A DNA stretch of 64,000 nt from NCBI RefSeq assembly GCF_006345805.1, contig NC_043006.1:39618001-39682000 (forward strand), given 5' to 3'. Under the pieces are notes generated by a model. The model saw nothing but the letters and a program-made list of their open reading frames with translations, was not told the origin of the DNA and did no database searches. This DNA is from Octopus sinensis (Eukaryota). A program made the translations under genes and the position numbers. Of this stretch, positions 13,163 to 24,649 are shown piece after piece; positions within the stretch are counted from its first letter, which is position 1; the number at the start of each line of letters is the position of its first letter.

Positions 13163-13661
13163 TATATCAGTTGAATAAAGTTAAAACATGGTCTGGTTTT
13201 CACATTTGTTATTTTAACATTAAAGAAAATATTTTGTAATGTTCATAAAGTTCAATTAGCAATTTCATACGTTCGTAGTAATCATCAGATTTGAAAATGT
13301 ATTTAACCGGCAAACCATGGCGTTTAACGGCATGCGGAGTGGTCAAAATCGTATTCCAAAATTCAGCTTGCAGCGTTCATCCCACGTCACCAGTTCTGCT
13401 TACCAAAAGGGGACCACTTGGCACCGTACATTCGTCGTGTTGCAATGGCTGCGATATACGGCCGCCTCCGATCAGGAGAGGAGCGGCTCTTTTCGCCCGT
13501 TCGAGAACTCGGGTGTCTGTCAAATACATTTTGAAATTTCATGATTCCTAAGAACGTATGATAGCGCTAATTGAACTTTATGAACATTAAAAAAGATGTT
13601 TAATTCCATAATACAAAACGTGAAAACCAGATCATGATTTAACTTTATTTCATCTGATGTA
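13163..13661. mobile_element. MITE-like element with about 140 bp TIRs and a 217 bp GC-richer core
   Basis: Arms 13163-13304 and 13522-13661 are reverse complements (aataaagttaaa.catg.tctggttttcac...taatgttcataaagttcaattagc...tcatacgttc...aaaatgtattt). TA at both ends. Confidence 0.8.
13375..13433 (-). pseudogene. 28S rRNA-like fragment inside the MITE core
   Basis: Minus gtgccaagtggtccccttttggtaagcagaactggtgacgtgggatgaac versus the conserved LSU motif gtgcctagtgggccacttttggtaagcagaactggcgctgcgggatgaac (recalled). Confidence 0.7.
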
Positions 13662-13697
13662 TGTGTATGTGTGTATACATACACACGTACATTCACA

Positions 13698-13738
<41 letters not shown>

Positions 13739-14998
13739 GTATGTATGTGCGTGTATACAGATGCAAGCATTGCAGTGAGTTTAACAAGCTCGATTTACAA
13801 GTACATCGTTTCGGACTCAGTGAAAACACACGTTACATTGAGCAAGTGTCTTCTACTACAGCCTCATGCTAACTAATGTCGTGTAAGTGAAACTGCTATA
13901 CGAGGACTGTGTAGCTCGTCTGAAATATTTCAGAATGATATTATCTCGAAAAGTACTCTGCTTCGCCCTTGAAAAACGCCGCAAGACTTTTCCAGGTGAA
14001 ACAATACGAAGCTGTATCAATAATGGCGGGAATCATTTTGAAGAAGCTAATGCTGTGAAATTGTTAGTAGAGCAATAAAGATTTTTATTTAAAATGGCCG
14101 CTTTCTTTTTGGACAGATAACGTGGATATGTGTCTCTACGTGTGTGTTTGTATCTACGGTCTTTAAACCGATGCTGTTAATGTTATTGTTCTGTTTTTCT
14201 ATCAGTTCAGATTGATAAAGTCAGTACCAAACTGAAATAATTACCGACCTCGATATTATCGACTAAATGTTTCGATGCACTGCCTTGCATAGTCGCAAGT
14301 CCAATGACTGATATCAGTAAAAAAATTTTTTAAATGTACTAATAGACATGCATACGCACGCGTTCAAACACACACACATTTATCTATATTGTAATGAAGA
14401 AATCTGCTTCTTCATTAGTTGGAATTAAAGAAGTTTTACTTTTAAAAAGTTAATTAATAAAACCTATACTGTCTGGAAAATTCATATAATTTCTAATTTC
14501 AGCCTATTTTCATCAGAATGTGCTTTTGCAATTCTTTTCTATTGAAGGCTTTAATAACATGCTAATCAGAAAGCACAATTCTATTCACTGCGGCTTCTTG
14601 TATCCTAATCCCTTTTATTTTCTACCATTTCCTATCAAGGCACTTTCTCTTCTTGTCCTCGTATATTTATCGCCCCAGTTTCTTATGACATCTTTTTCAC
14701 TCTCACCATTTTTTTTTTTTTGTTTTACAACGACTTTCTCCATTCAGTCTTCATTTGTTAATTTTTTTATTTATTTCTATATCTACTTATCATATGAAAA
14801 TTACATTGAAATTTCATCTCTGGATTCATTCTGTTATCCACAAATTTGTATAATACAATATGCATACTGCGCTATTTGTTTCCATATTGAAATTTCTCAA
14901 CTGAAAGATTAATTTTCAACTTTCCCCTGCACACTCACTTACTTTCATTTTCTTTCCTTGTAACGCTCCATCACTCGTTCTCTCTTTCACAACTGAAT

Positions 14999-15042
<44 letters not shown>

Positions 15043-15949
15043 ACACACACACAGACAGACAGACAGACAGTCAGTCAGAGAGGGTGAGCGAGTGAGACAG
15101 ACAGACAGAGAGAGAATTTAAAGTTGATGATTTGCTGATATGCTGTTAAGTGATGATGCAATGTTTTGAGAAAATGGAGGTCATATCCCGTAAATTATAA
15201 AAATTATAAAAAGCTGGCAGCCTTTTAATAGTCTGTCAACACAATTCATATAATGATTGATCTGGAATTTTCTAAATATCGTAATAGCTATAACTGTTGT
15301 CAACACTGAACTGAATATGTGTTTTCCCTCAAACGTAGAAGTAAAAGAAACACAGAATAAACTGGTTTACTTTTTAAATATAACTTAGATTATATATTAT
15401 TTATATCTCATGTAATTCACCGGAAATATCGTCTTTATATTCAGGCTAAACGAAATGTGCTTGGATGGATTGGATAGATTGACTTAGATGGATTGTTGTG
15501 AAATGAATTTTAAAAACAAATTAAAAAGCCTTGGTATGTAGCATAAGCAAATGCGAAACGAAAATTGATTATCCAGTTTCAGTAATATAACAGAGTTAAT
15601 AATAGAGAACGATTTCAAAATTTGGTACACAATCGACAAATTCAAGGAAGGAGGTTTGAGTCAATTGCATATATCCAGGGCTGAATCTATTCTTTATGTT
15701 ATCAATCCTGAAAAGATGAAAGCTAAAGTTGACCTTGTTGGGAACTGAACTCAAGACGCTCACCTCAAACTACATCATCTCTGCTTTTTTTTTTTCGAAA
15801 ATGATGTAATCAAATAAACTGGTTTTCATACTTAATTGGTATTTATATATCCCTTGAAAATATGAAAGATGGAACGCACATTGGCGTTATTCGAACTTAA
15901 GAAAATATAGGAAAGGAAATATACAATGTATGTCAGTATATGTGAAGGC

Positions 15950-16290
15950 GTCTGACCAGGTGTTTACGATGTTGCACTCACGATCACTAGATCTTGTGTT
16001 CGATTCCCGGCCCGAGCGGCACGTTGTGGTCTTGAGCAGAACATTTCCTTTCACGTTACTCCTGTCCACTCAGCCGTAGCTGGGTAACCGTCCGATGGAC
16101 GAATTAGCATTTCGATCAGGTGTGATTGTAGCCTGCTCGCTAACCAGCGGGGTGGCATCACAGGTTATAACGAAGCAAAAGGCATTGTAACCAGCGATGT
16201 ATAATAACATCCGATTTATGTAGGAAGGGTCAAATAGTTCTATGAAGTTGACCCTTCTGACATAAATTTGAAAGGCTTTTAGCCTTATTC
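15950..16290 (+). mobile_element. tRNA-derived SINE family D
   Basis: Head gttgcactcacgatcactagatcttgtgttcgattcccgg, then tgtggtcttgagcagaacatttcctttcacgttactcctgtccactcagc and body gcctgctcgctaaccagcggggtggc. Confidence 0.7.
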
Positions 16291-16660
16291 CCATATCTGC
16301 GATGTTGGTACAGAGTCGTACCTTGCGCTATTTAAAGTCTGTCTACGTTCACGGTTCGAAACCCACCAAGTTCGATTTTGTTCTCAATCCTTCAAATACT
16401 ATTGCTAATTTTTGCAATTAAGTCTTTGAGTGCCAAAGGCAAGAACATTTTGGCACGTTTGACATCTTTACAGTCTTCGAGTTTAGTCGTCAGTTAAGTT
16501 ACTTAGATATTATTTCAAGCATTTTCATTAAAATCGTCAAATATCTTTGGAGCATCTCGTGGGACCCTGTTACATGTTTTAGCCATCCGTTTACCACTTG
16601 TCATTATTTACAGACGGCCGGACTTTACAGTACCTTGGGTACTTCTTGGATATACTTACC

Positions 16661-17086
16661 TTATTTCTTTATTTCTTTACTGCCTACAAGGAGCTACACA
16701 CAGAGGGGACAAACAAGGATAGACAAACGCATAAAGTCGATTACATCTACCCCAGTATGTAACTGGTACTTATTTAATCGACCTCGAAAGGATGAAAGGC
16801 AAAGTCGACCGCGGCGGAATTTGAACTCAGAACGTAACAGCAGACGAAATACCTATTTCTTTACTACCCACAAGGGGCTAAACACAGAGAGGAAAAGCAA
16901 GGACAGACAAATGGATTAAGTCGATTATATCGATCCCAGTGCGTAACTGGTACTTAATTTATGGACCCCGAAAGGATAAAAGGCAAAGTCGACCTCGGCG
17001 TAATTTGAACTCAGAACGTAACGGCAGATGAAATACCGCTAAACATTTCGCCCGGCGTGCTAACGTTTCTGCCAGCTCGCTGCCTT
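16661..17086 (-). mobile_element. Head-to-tail dimer of SINE family B flanked by a TSD-like repeat
   Basis: Full copy at 16854-17086 and 5'-truncated copy at 16661-16853. Flanks are cttggatatacttacc (16645-16660) and cttggatacttacc (17087-17100). Confidence 0.85.
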
Positions 17087-17129
17087 CTTGGATACTTACC
17101 TATACCAACATTTACTTCGGAGCTGTATT

Positions 17130-17480
17130 TATTTTCAGTATTTTAACCCCTGGTCAATCATCCACCGTCCATACAACTCTTCCTGTCGAAGATGCATTCT
17201 TTTTTATTGTATGTTTGTTTAGTTCTTGGCAAAACAGTATTGGGTCGGAAACGAATTGTTTGTTTTATATAAAAAAAATAACGTCGTTGTTTTTATAACA
17301 ATAGATTCTTTGTGATTTATCGAAGACCTCTTGTTTTAGGCGCTCTTTGTTGTCGAGTATTTCTGTTTTCTATAATTTTGTACTTTTCTAGTATTTGTCT
17401 TTCTATTTTTTGTGTGTTTTTGTTATCAATCTAATTAAGAATTGAAAGATCTTTCATTTTTTATCTTCCTCTGTGCTGGC
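17130..17480 (-). pseudogene. Possible R4/Dong-like LINE ORF relic
   Basis: Frameshifted LKQEVFDKSQK/IYCYK...NKQFVSDPILFCQEL resembles the LKQ...RY...QN..F..D.K.F..L region upstream of the RT in this group (recalled). Confidence 0.3.
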
Positions 17481-17979
17481 ATTTCACGTTGTTTGATTGG
17501 ACTCAGATGAAACGATGTGTCACTACTGCGACTACAGTGGTTTCTGCATAGAGTTGTTGATTTATAATCTCTTGTTGTGTACGTCTATGATAGCAACAGT
17601 TTGTATTAAAATAGAAATGGTGTGACTATTTTATTATATATTAAATATATCTTGGAAAGATGTCTTTTGTTTATCGTTAGAACAAATTATTTATTCCAGC
17701 ATTTTTTTAATATTTCCAGCTTCAGATTGTTTCCACATTGAAAAAAATTCCAGTTTTAAAATTTTCATTAATTTCACATTAACGCAAAAGAATATATTCC
17801 ATTCCGTTAATGATTTCGTTGGTTTCGCTGTAGTTCGGTTTTTGTTAAACTTTTATCTTTCATCTTTTACTTGGTTTAGTCATTAGACTCCGATCATTCA
17901 AGGGCACCGCCTTAAAACAAATTTTAGCCGAAGAAATCGGCCATAGTACGTATTTTCTTTTTTCTTTTTTTTTTTGCAG

Positions 17980-18210
17980 AACTGCTTGATTACTAGAACG
18001 TCAACACACCAAGACCGGTTGTACAGCGGTGGGAGTGGGAACAAATACACACAAAGACACACACAAACACATCCACACACACACACACACACACACATGC
18101 GATGAGCTGCTTTCAGTTTCCGTCTACCAAATCCACTCTCGAGGATTTGGTCGGCCCGAGGCTATGGTAGAAGCATGTTGCCCAAGGTGCCAGGAAGTGG
18201 TACTGCATGC
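17980..18210 (-). mobile_element. SINE family A, decayed central part
   Basis: tttcagtttccgtctaccaaatccactctcgaggatttggtcggcccgaggctatggtagaag...cccaaggtgcc. Confidence 0.75.
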
Positions 18211-18635
18211 GGTAATCATATATATATATACACACACACAAGGTTCTCTCTCATTATATATATGATGTGCGTGTGTGTGTGAGTGTGTGTATTATATATA
18301 CGTAAGTTGTCTTAAAGTTCAATAAGTCAGGAGAAAGATAATGACAAACATAAAAACAGACGATGAGAGTAACGAAGTGAGTGATGGTGCCTGACTGAAG
18401 TTGATAGGAGACCAAGCAGCAAATAGAAAAGTTGCAGGAAGAAAATACTACGGAGAAGACTGGTGTACAACGATGAGTATTGTACATGTTAACCAGTCGA
18501 GAGATTTTTATCTTGATGAGTTCTACATAAACCGCTTCTCAAACTAGCAAATGCCAGTCATTCTCTCTGTCTCTGTCTGTCTGTCTCTGTCTGTCTGTCT
18601 CTCTCTCTCCCTCTTTATATATATATATATATATA

Positions 18636-18946
18636 TTATTCGAAGTGAACAGTATTATATATCCATCACGCGACCGATCTTACCAATCGGTTTCGTGCTA
18701 GGGGTGGAACGGAGTGTTAGGTAACAATCCGAAATCCGAATATATATCCCTACACTCATCAGAGGTAGCCAATACGGAATGAGATATGCAGTCATCATAT
18801 TTTATTCCATATAGTATACCTCAAATGAGCGTAGGGTTATATAATCGGATTGCTACCTAACACTCCGTTGTTATCCTAGCACGAAACCGATTGGATTGGT
18901 GAGATCGGCTGTGATGGTTATATATAATACTGTACACTTCGGATAA
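18636..18946. mobile_element. MITE or fold-back with about 123 bp TIRs embedded in (TA)n
   Basis: Arms 18636-18759 and 18825-18946 are reverse complements (gaagtg.acagtattatata...ccaatcggtttcgtgctagg...aacggagtgttaggta.caatccga...ccctac.ctcat). Spacer is 65 bp. Confidence 0.85.
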
Positions 18947-19517
18947 TATATATATATATGTGTGGTGTGTGTGTAGAGAGAGAGAGAGAGCGAGAGAGAG
19001 AGAGAGAGAGAGAGACGGAGAGAAAGAGAGGGTGACTGACATTTGCTAGTTTGAGAAGCGATTTATGTAGAACCCATCCAAATAAAAATCTCTCAACTGG
19101 TTAACGTATACAATACTAATCGCTAGACACCAGCCTCCTCCGTATTATTTTCTTCTTTTCACCTCTTCTACGTGTGGTCTGGTCCCCTATCACCTCCGCT
19201 CAGCCACCGTCACTCACTCCTTTACTCTCATTGTCTTTTTATGTTTGTCCTTCCACCTTAGGGAGTCAGTTCTCTGAGATTCTCTTTTTGATCATTTTCC
19301 TCTTCCAATTCCTGTCTATATTCGAAACAAAGTGAAATATATATTTCTTGAAATGTATATGAAATCGTGGCAGAATGAATTGCGTCATTGTGCTGTTTTT
19401 CTCACAGACGGTGCCCGATTGATCCTATTATACTTTGTAGTCGACAAGATCGAAACCAATCAATTCACAAGCGCGAAATAAAAAATATAGAATGGTGAGA
19501 ATTTACCCATTGCATCC

Positions 19518-19564
<47 letters not shown>

Positions 19565-20280
19565 GCTTGTCGTGTATGGATATACATACACATGATATGG
19601 ATATACTTACAGAGATATGATGTGAATTGATGGACAGGCGAACGGACGGACGGATTAAATAAAGACATGCGTTGTTCAACCTTCCACAAAGGAAATCAAA
19701 TCCAACATGGTAGAAAATTTTAGATGATAATTGGTCGTTGCATCCCTTCAGAAGAAGTGTCTATTTTATTGCATATATTCGAACCTTTTCTTAGAAATAG
19801 AAATTTCCATTCGTCTCATTCACCAACCATTACGGCCCTAAAGAAGAATATAGTCACACTTCCTCCTTCACCTCTTAGGAAGCCACTAAACCAGCTTCAC
19901 TTGTTACGTTCCATTGCTTTCTCAAGAGTTAGAACTTCAAAAATTTTTGAAGAATATTTTCGTATATAATTATGTAATTCGATGTCATGTTATGCAATAT
20001 ATGTGCGTATACTTTCTTTATTTTATTCTTTCGCGGGATTCAAGCATTAGTCTGCGAAGTTGCTGAAGCATTGCCTTCAAAGAATTTAGTCTGTCATATC
20101 GACTACAGCATTCTTTTCATAGGTTTCTCTTATATAGAATATCTTAATTTTACACATTTTTTTAAAATATATTTTGCGTGAAAGAAGCTAAACTGACACA
20201 AAAGATTTTATCTGGCATGCATAAGCACATGTTCACACACGTGCAAAGCCAAGCCACACACGTAAGTAATCAAAAACGCT

Positions 20281-20800
20281 AAAATTAGGGGAGACAGTAT
20301 GCTTCCCTGAATCACACCACTCTTGATCTTTAAAATGTTCAGTAAGAATTTCATCTGATGTGACCTAACACAAGGTCTCTTTCATGCATGTTTGGAATTA
20401 TGTCAGTAGATATTTGATGTATGCCATATATTTCAATTATGCTCGGCAATACGTGGTCATGATATACAATCAAAAGGCTTCTGGAAATCAACAGAAGATA
20501 GGCTTAATGGCATTCTCATTTGCATTGAAGAGTTCGTAGAATATCGATAATAAAATACTAGCTGATCTGGATTATGCCGACAATCTGCTGGTGATTACAG
20601 GAACAAGAGAAGGAATGCAACAAATGCTAGATAGCTTAATAAGAGAGGGAAGCAAGGTTGTTCTGCTTACTAACTGTTCAAAGACAGAAATGGATTTAAA
20701 TTATGGACATCTATTCAATTCTAGTATAGAAGATGTAATAAAAACCACTGGTTACTTCAAGTACATGGATAATATGGTTCCAAGTTATGGGTCACTTAGT
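20281..20800. pseudogene. RTE-clade reverse transcriptase relic with internal inversion
   Basis: Minus 20281-20365 gives F-KIKSGVIQGSILSPLIF. Plus from 20552 gives KILADLDYADNLLVITGTREGMQQMLDSLIREGSKVVLLTNCSKTE, a YADD-region pattern typical of RTE. Confidence 0.7.
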
Positions 20801-21117
20801 TTGTAGATTCAGGAAAAAATATCTTTTTTAAAAAAGCAGAACAAATAGATATTTCTAAAATGTTTCTTTTAGACCCATGCTGTGGTCATGCTGGAGCACT
20901 GCCTATTAAATTGCTACTCTTGCTAAAGTCCTCCTGTAATTAGATTTTGATGAATGAGAGGGCTTGATGCCACTACGCTCATTCCCATATCTTTCTGTGG
21001 TTCTTCTAAGATCTCTGGTAGTAAAGGACCCAGATGTTTATTGACAAACAAATTCTTCTAAACTATTTAGATTTTTAGAGTTCTTTGGTGTGATATTGCG
21101 AAAAGATAAAAAATATA

Positions 21118-21422
21118 TTCTTTTACTTGTTTCATTCATTTAACAGCGGTCATGCTGAAGCACCGCTTTTAGTCGAGCAAATCGACTCTAGGACTTAGTA
21201 CTTATTCTATCGGTCACTTTTGCTGAACCGCTTAGTAAACACACCAGCAATGTATATATATATATATATATTATATATATATATATATAATATATATATA
21301 TATACGTGTGTGTGTGTGTATGTTTGTGTGTCTGTATTTGTCCCCAACATTGCTGGTGTTTACTAAACGGTTCAGCAAAAGTGACCGATAGAATAAGTAC
21401 TAGGCTTACAAAGAATAAGTCC
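21118..21422. mobile_element. Two inverted family A 3' halves around a (TA)n tract
   Basis: Arms 21196-21252 and 21348-21402 are near-identical reverse complements. Confidence 0.85.
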
Positions 21423-21865
21423 TTATGAGTCAGCATGACTCAAAAAGATAACTTTAACCTTTACCGTTTTATCAAACCCTATACAAATCTATACTTCTTA
21501 AACTTAGCTTTATATACATGCTTGACAAAACCGGGACCCAAAGAATACCATATAAACAAATCGGCAGACCCACGTGTAGCTGCTTCCGAAAAACAAAAAA
21601 ACTTCTTTGGCCAAACTAGAAAAACTCCTAAAACACTTCTACTTTCTTCATTCTTTTTCTTAAAATCTACTTCCGCTTTCTACAAGCTCACTTCCAACAC
21701 AGTTGCCATATGCGTTGGTCCACCAACCAAATGGACGGTCCCTTCACTAATAATCTATGTATAGGATCTGAAACCTCAAGCCTTACCAAGTAAGCCAAGC
21801 CGAAACTTCGACGTAACTGTCGAATATTTCTTTGTTCATAAATAAATAAATAAATATATAAAAAG

Positions 21866-22049
21866 AGCAGGCGTGGCTGTGTGGTAAGAAGCTTGCTACC
21901 CAACCATATGGTTCTGGATTCAGTCCCTCTGCGTGACACCTTGGGCAGGTGTCTTCTATTATAGCCTCGGGCCGACCAAAGCCTTGTCAGTGGATTTGAT
22001 AAACGGAAACTAAAAACTGTCGTGTGTGTGTTGGTATTTGCCCACACAC

Positions 22050-22105
<56 letters not shown>

Positions 22106-22230
22106 GATGGGCTTCTTTCAGTTTCCGTCTACCAAATCTCTCAGAAGGCTAAGGTCGGTCCGTGGTTATAATGCAAGGCACTTGCTCTAGGTTGGGAAGC
22201 AAGCCTCTTACCACACACCCACACCTGTGC
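21866..22230. mobile_element. Two inverted family A 5' halves around a (TA)n tract
   Basis: Plus head at 21867-22050 and decayed minus head at 22106-22230. Confidence 0.75.
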
Positions 22231-22509
22231 TTGTATTGTGAATATTTGACTTGAAAATGTCATTTGCGTTTTTGTCACGCACGTCACACCACGAATACCA
22301 GAACTGTGACCACATATATTGTTGTCCAGAAAAGTCACTACCATTTTTATTTTTAATTCCATGTTAATAAATACAATGATTGATGCTTTTTGCGCTGCTC
22401 TGGAGAAATTCCTTTTCTTTTTAAGTTTCTAATTTTTAAATTTAGAAAGGATTTGGTTGCTGTTTCAAGCATGTCGACCACCCTGGTTGAATCATTTTTT
22501 TAGTAGATA

Positions 22510-22702
22510 GGCGCAGGAGTGAGTGTGTGGTAAGTAGCTTACTTACCAACCACATAGTTCCGGGTTCAGTCCCACTGCATGGCACCTTAGGCAAGTGTCT
22601 TCTACTATAGCCTCGGGCCGACCAAAGCCTTGTGAGTGGATTTGGTAGACGGAAACTGAAAGAAGCTCGTCGTATATATGTATATGTATATATATATCTA
22701 TG

Positions 22703-22737
<35 letters not shown>

Positions 22738-22936
22738 CTGTTTGTCCCCCCAACATCGCTTGACAACCGATGCTGCTATGTTTACGTCCCCGTAACTTAG
22801 CGGTTCGGCAAAAGAGACCGATAGAACAAGTACTAAGCTTACAACGAATAAGTCCTGGGGTCGATTTGCCCGACTAAAGGCGGTGCTCCAAAATGGCCGC
22901 ACTCAAATGACTGAAACAAGTAAAAGAGTAAAAGAG
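22510..22936 (+). mobile_element. Full-length SINE family A
   Basis: tRNA-like head gcaggagtgagtgtgtggtaag...ccgggttcagtccc, then ggcaccttaggcaagtgtc, internal (TA)(TG) tract and tail caaatgactgaaacaagtaaaagagtaaaagag. Confidence 0.9.
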
Positions 22937-24649
22937 ATAAGATTCTCAGATGGCCTAAACGATTCGGTATTTTAGTACTAACCACTGGTTTGTCCATTCA
23001 TCTACTAACATCATTATAAATTAACTCTTTACCATCTGCCGATTTGGTTGACAGCAAATGATAGAGAGCAGACGATGAAGTAAGGACAACACTAAAATTA
23101 CCGAGTGTTTCGCTAGTTAGCTAGTGATGCCTAGACTGAGCGCTGCTGTGCTAATGAAACCATATATTCTCAGTACATTCACTGTAAATCCTCAGTGAAT
23201 TTCGATACGAATGAACAAAGTTTAAAGGAAATACTCTCGTTCTTTCTAATTTATTCTAGTTTTTGATATTCGTATGATACTTGTCATTTAATAGTCTTTA
23301 TAATAACAATTACAGGAACATTACAGAGAAAGCTAACCGGAAATAAATGTCATTATAACAGCAATTCAGTGCTTATTCTGTGTGGTACATTTGAGGCTGT
23401 CTTTTCACCGAACAGCAAAAATGCTGTGCATGATTGATCAAGAGACAAAAGTCTGTATACCGAAATAGAAAAGAATTAGTAATAATGCGGAGAAAAAAAA
23501 AGATAATACAAATAAAATTACGACTGGTAATCGAATGGAAATGAGAGAATATTTGACATGAATCAGATGAGTTTTACCAGGTTCTGTGTTCAATTCTTAC
23601 ATACAGACACGCTAAACACCATTAATCTTTTACTTCAAAACTCTACATCTACATGAACATGTGTCTACGCCTGCCAATCATTCGACCACTGCTTTGTCGC
23701 AACTATCCTCCACACACCCACATTGTACGACTAAAACGCAATGTTCCGCACTGCCTGACCCCTATCAAGCGTCAAGATGGACTTCGGCTGGAGTTTGGCT
23801 TGTTTCTTATGTCTTTTCTTGGCAGCAAATGGTATCAGCCTTGGCCAATCAGAAATAATTCAACTGTTGACTGAAAACAGTTATTCAGGTATAGCCCTCC
23901 ATATTTCTCACGCAATAATCTTAATGGTCTATATACCGCCAAGTGATCTACATCCCCCAACTCAAAGCTTTGGTGCAACAGTTCTGGTATAAGAGAAGGA
24001 TTACAATGCCTAGAGAAAATCAAACACTCCAGTAAATTACATACAAGCCAATAACGATGCCTCTGTGCTTCACGGCCTAAAACTGATTCGCCTCCAAAAT
24101 AGCAGCCGATCCGACTAGTCTCTAGTTAAATATTGGGTTGTCCAGAAAGTTCGTGCCGATTTTTAAAGGAAAGAAAAAGGCCAATAAATACTTGCCATTA
24201 CATTTTTAATCAACCAAATATGAACAATTTTATTGCACAATGCGTCTCCATATTTCCTTTAACTTGATAATACCCTCTTTCCAGAATTGAGGTGGTTTCA
24301 TGGCAAAGAATTCATCAAGGTGTCTTTTTACGTCATCCAAGGAATTGAAAGTTTTACCATTAAGACTATTCTGCAGAGACCTGAATAAGTGGAAATCTGG
24401 TGAATATAGAGGGTGGGGTAACACACCCCAGCCGAGCTGCAGCAATTTTTGCCTGGTTCCCAAAGCATCAAGCGCCGCAAATAAACTTTCTTATCTTCCA
24501 TTTTGAAGGGTTACAGAATTAATACAGGTTATAGGAACATAAACCTTCTTCCACGAAAAGATATCTTAAACTTTGCTCTAAATGGAAGTGTAGTCAAATC
24601 CTATTTTATGGACTCAAGCATGTCCTGAAATAAGTCGAAAAGTAAGCAA

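Noticed and set aside
16661-17086. Tandem unit structure considered as a CRISPR-like array or retrozyme
   Set aside because: Eukaryotic SINE dimer with no spacers and no ribozyme core in the unit.
18670-18770. Minus-strand CTGATGAG...CGAAACCGATTGGTA hammerhead-like match in the MITE
   Set aside because: Stem I pairs only 2 bp, the other arm reads TG at the cleavage site, and the GAAA segment is part of the TIR's own hairpin.
21425-21442. tgagtcagcatgactca, two AP-1-like sites with an ARE/MARE-like half
   Set aside because: Short motif with no promoter or conservation evidence; it may arise by chance at a rearrangement junction.
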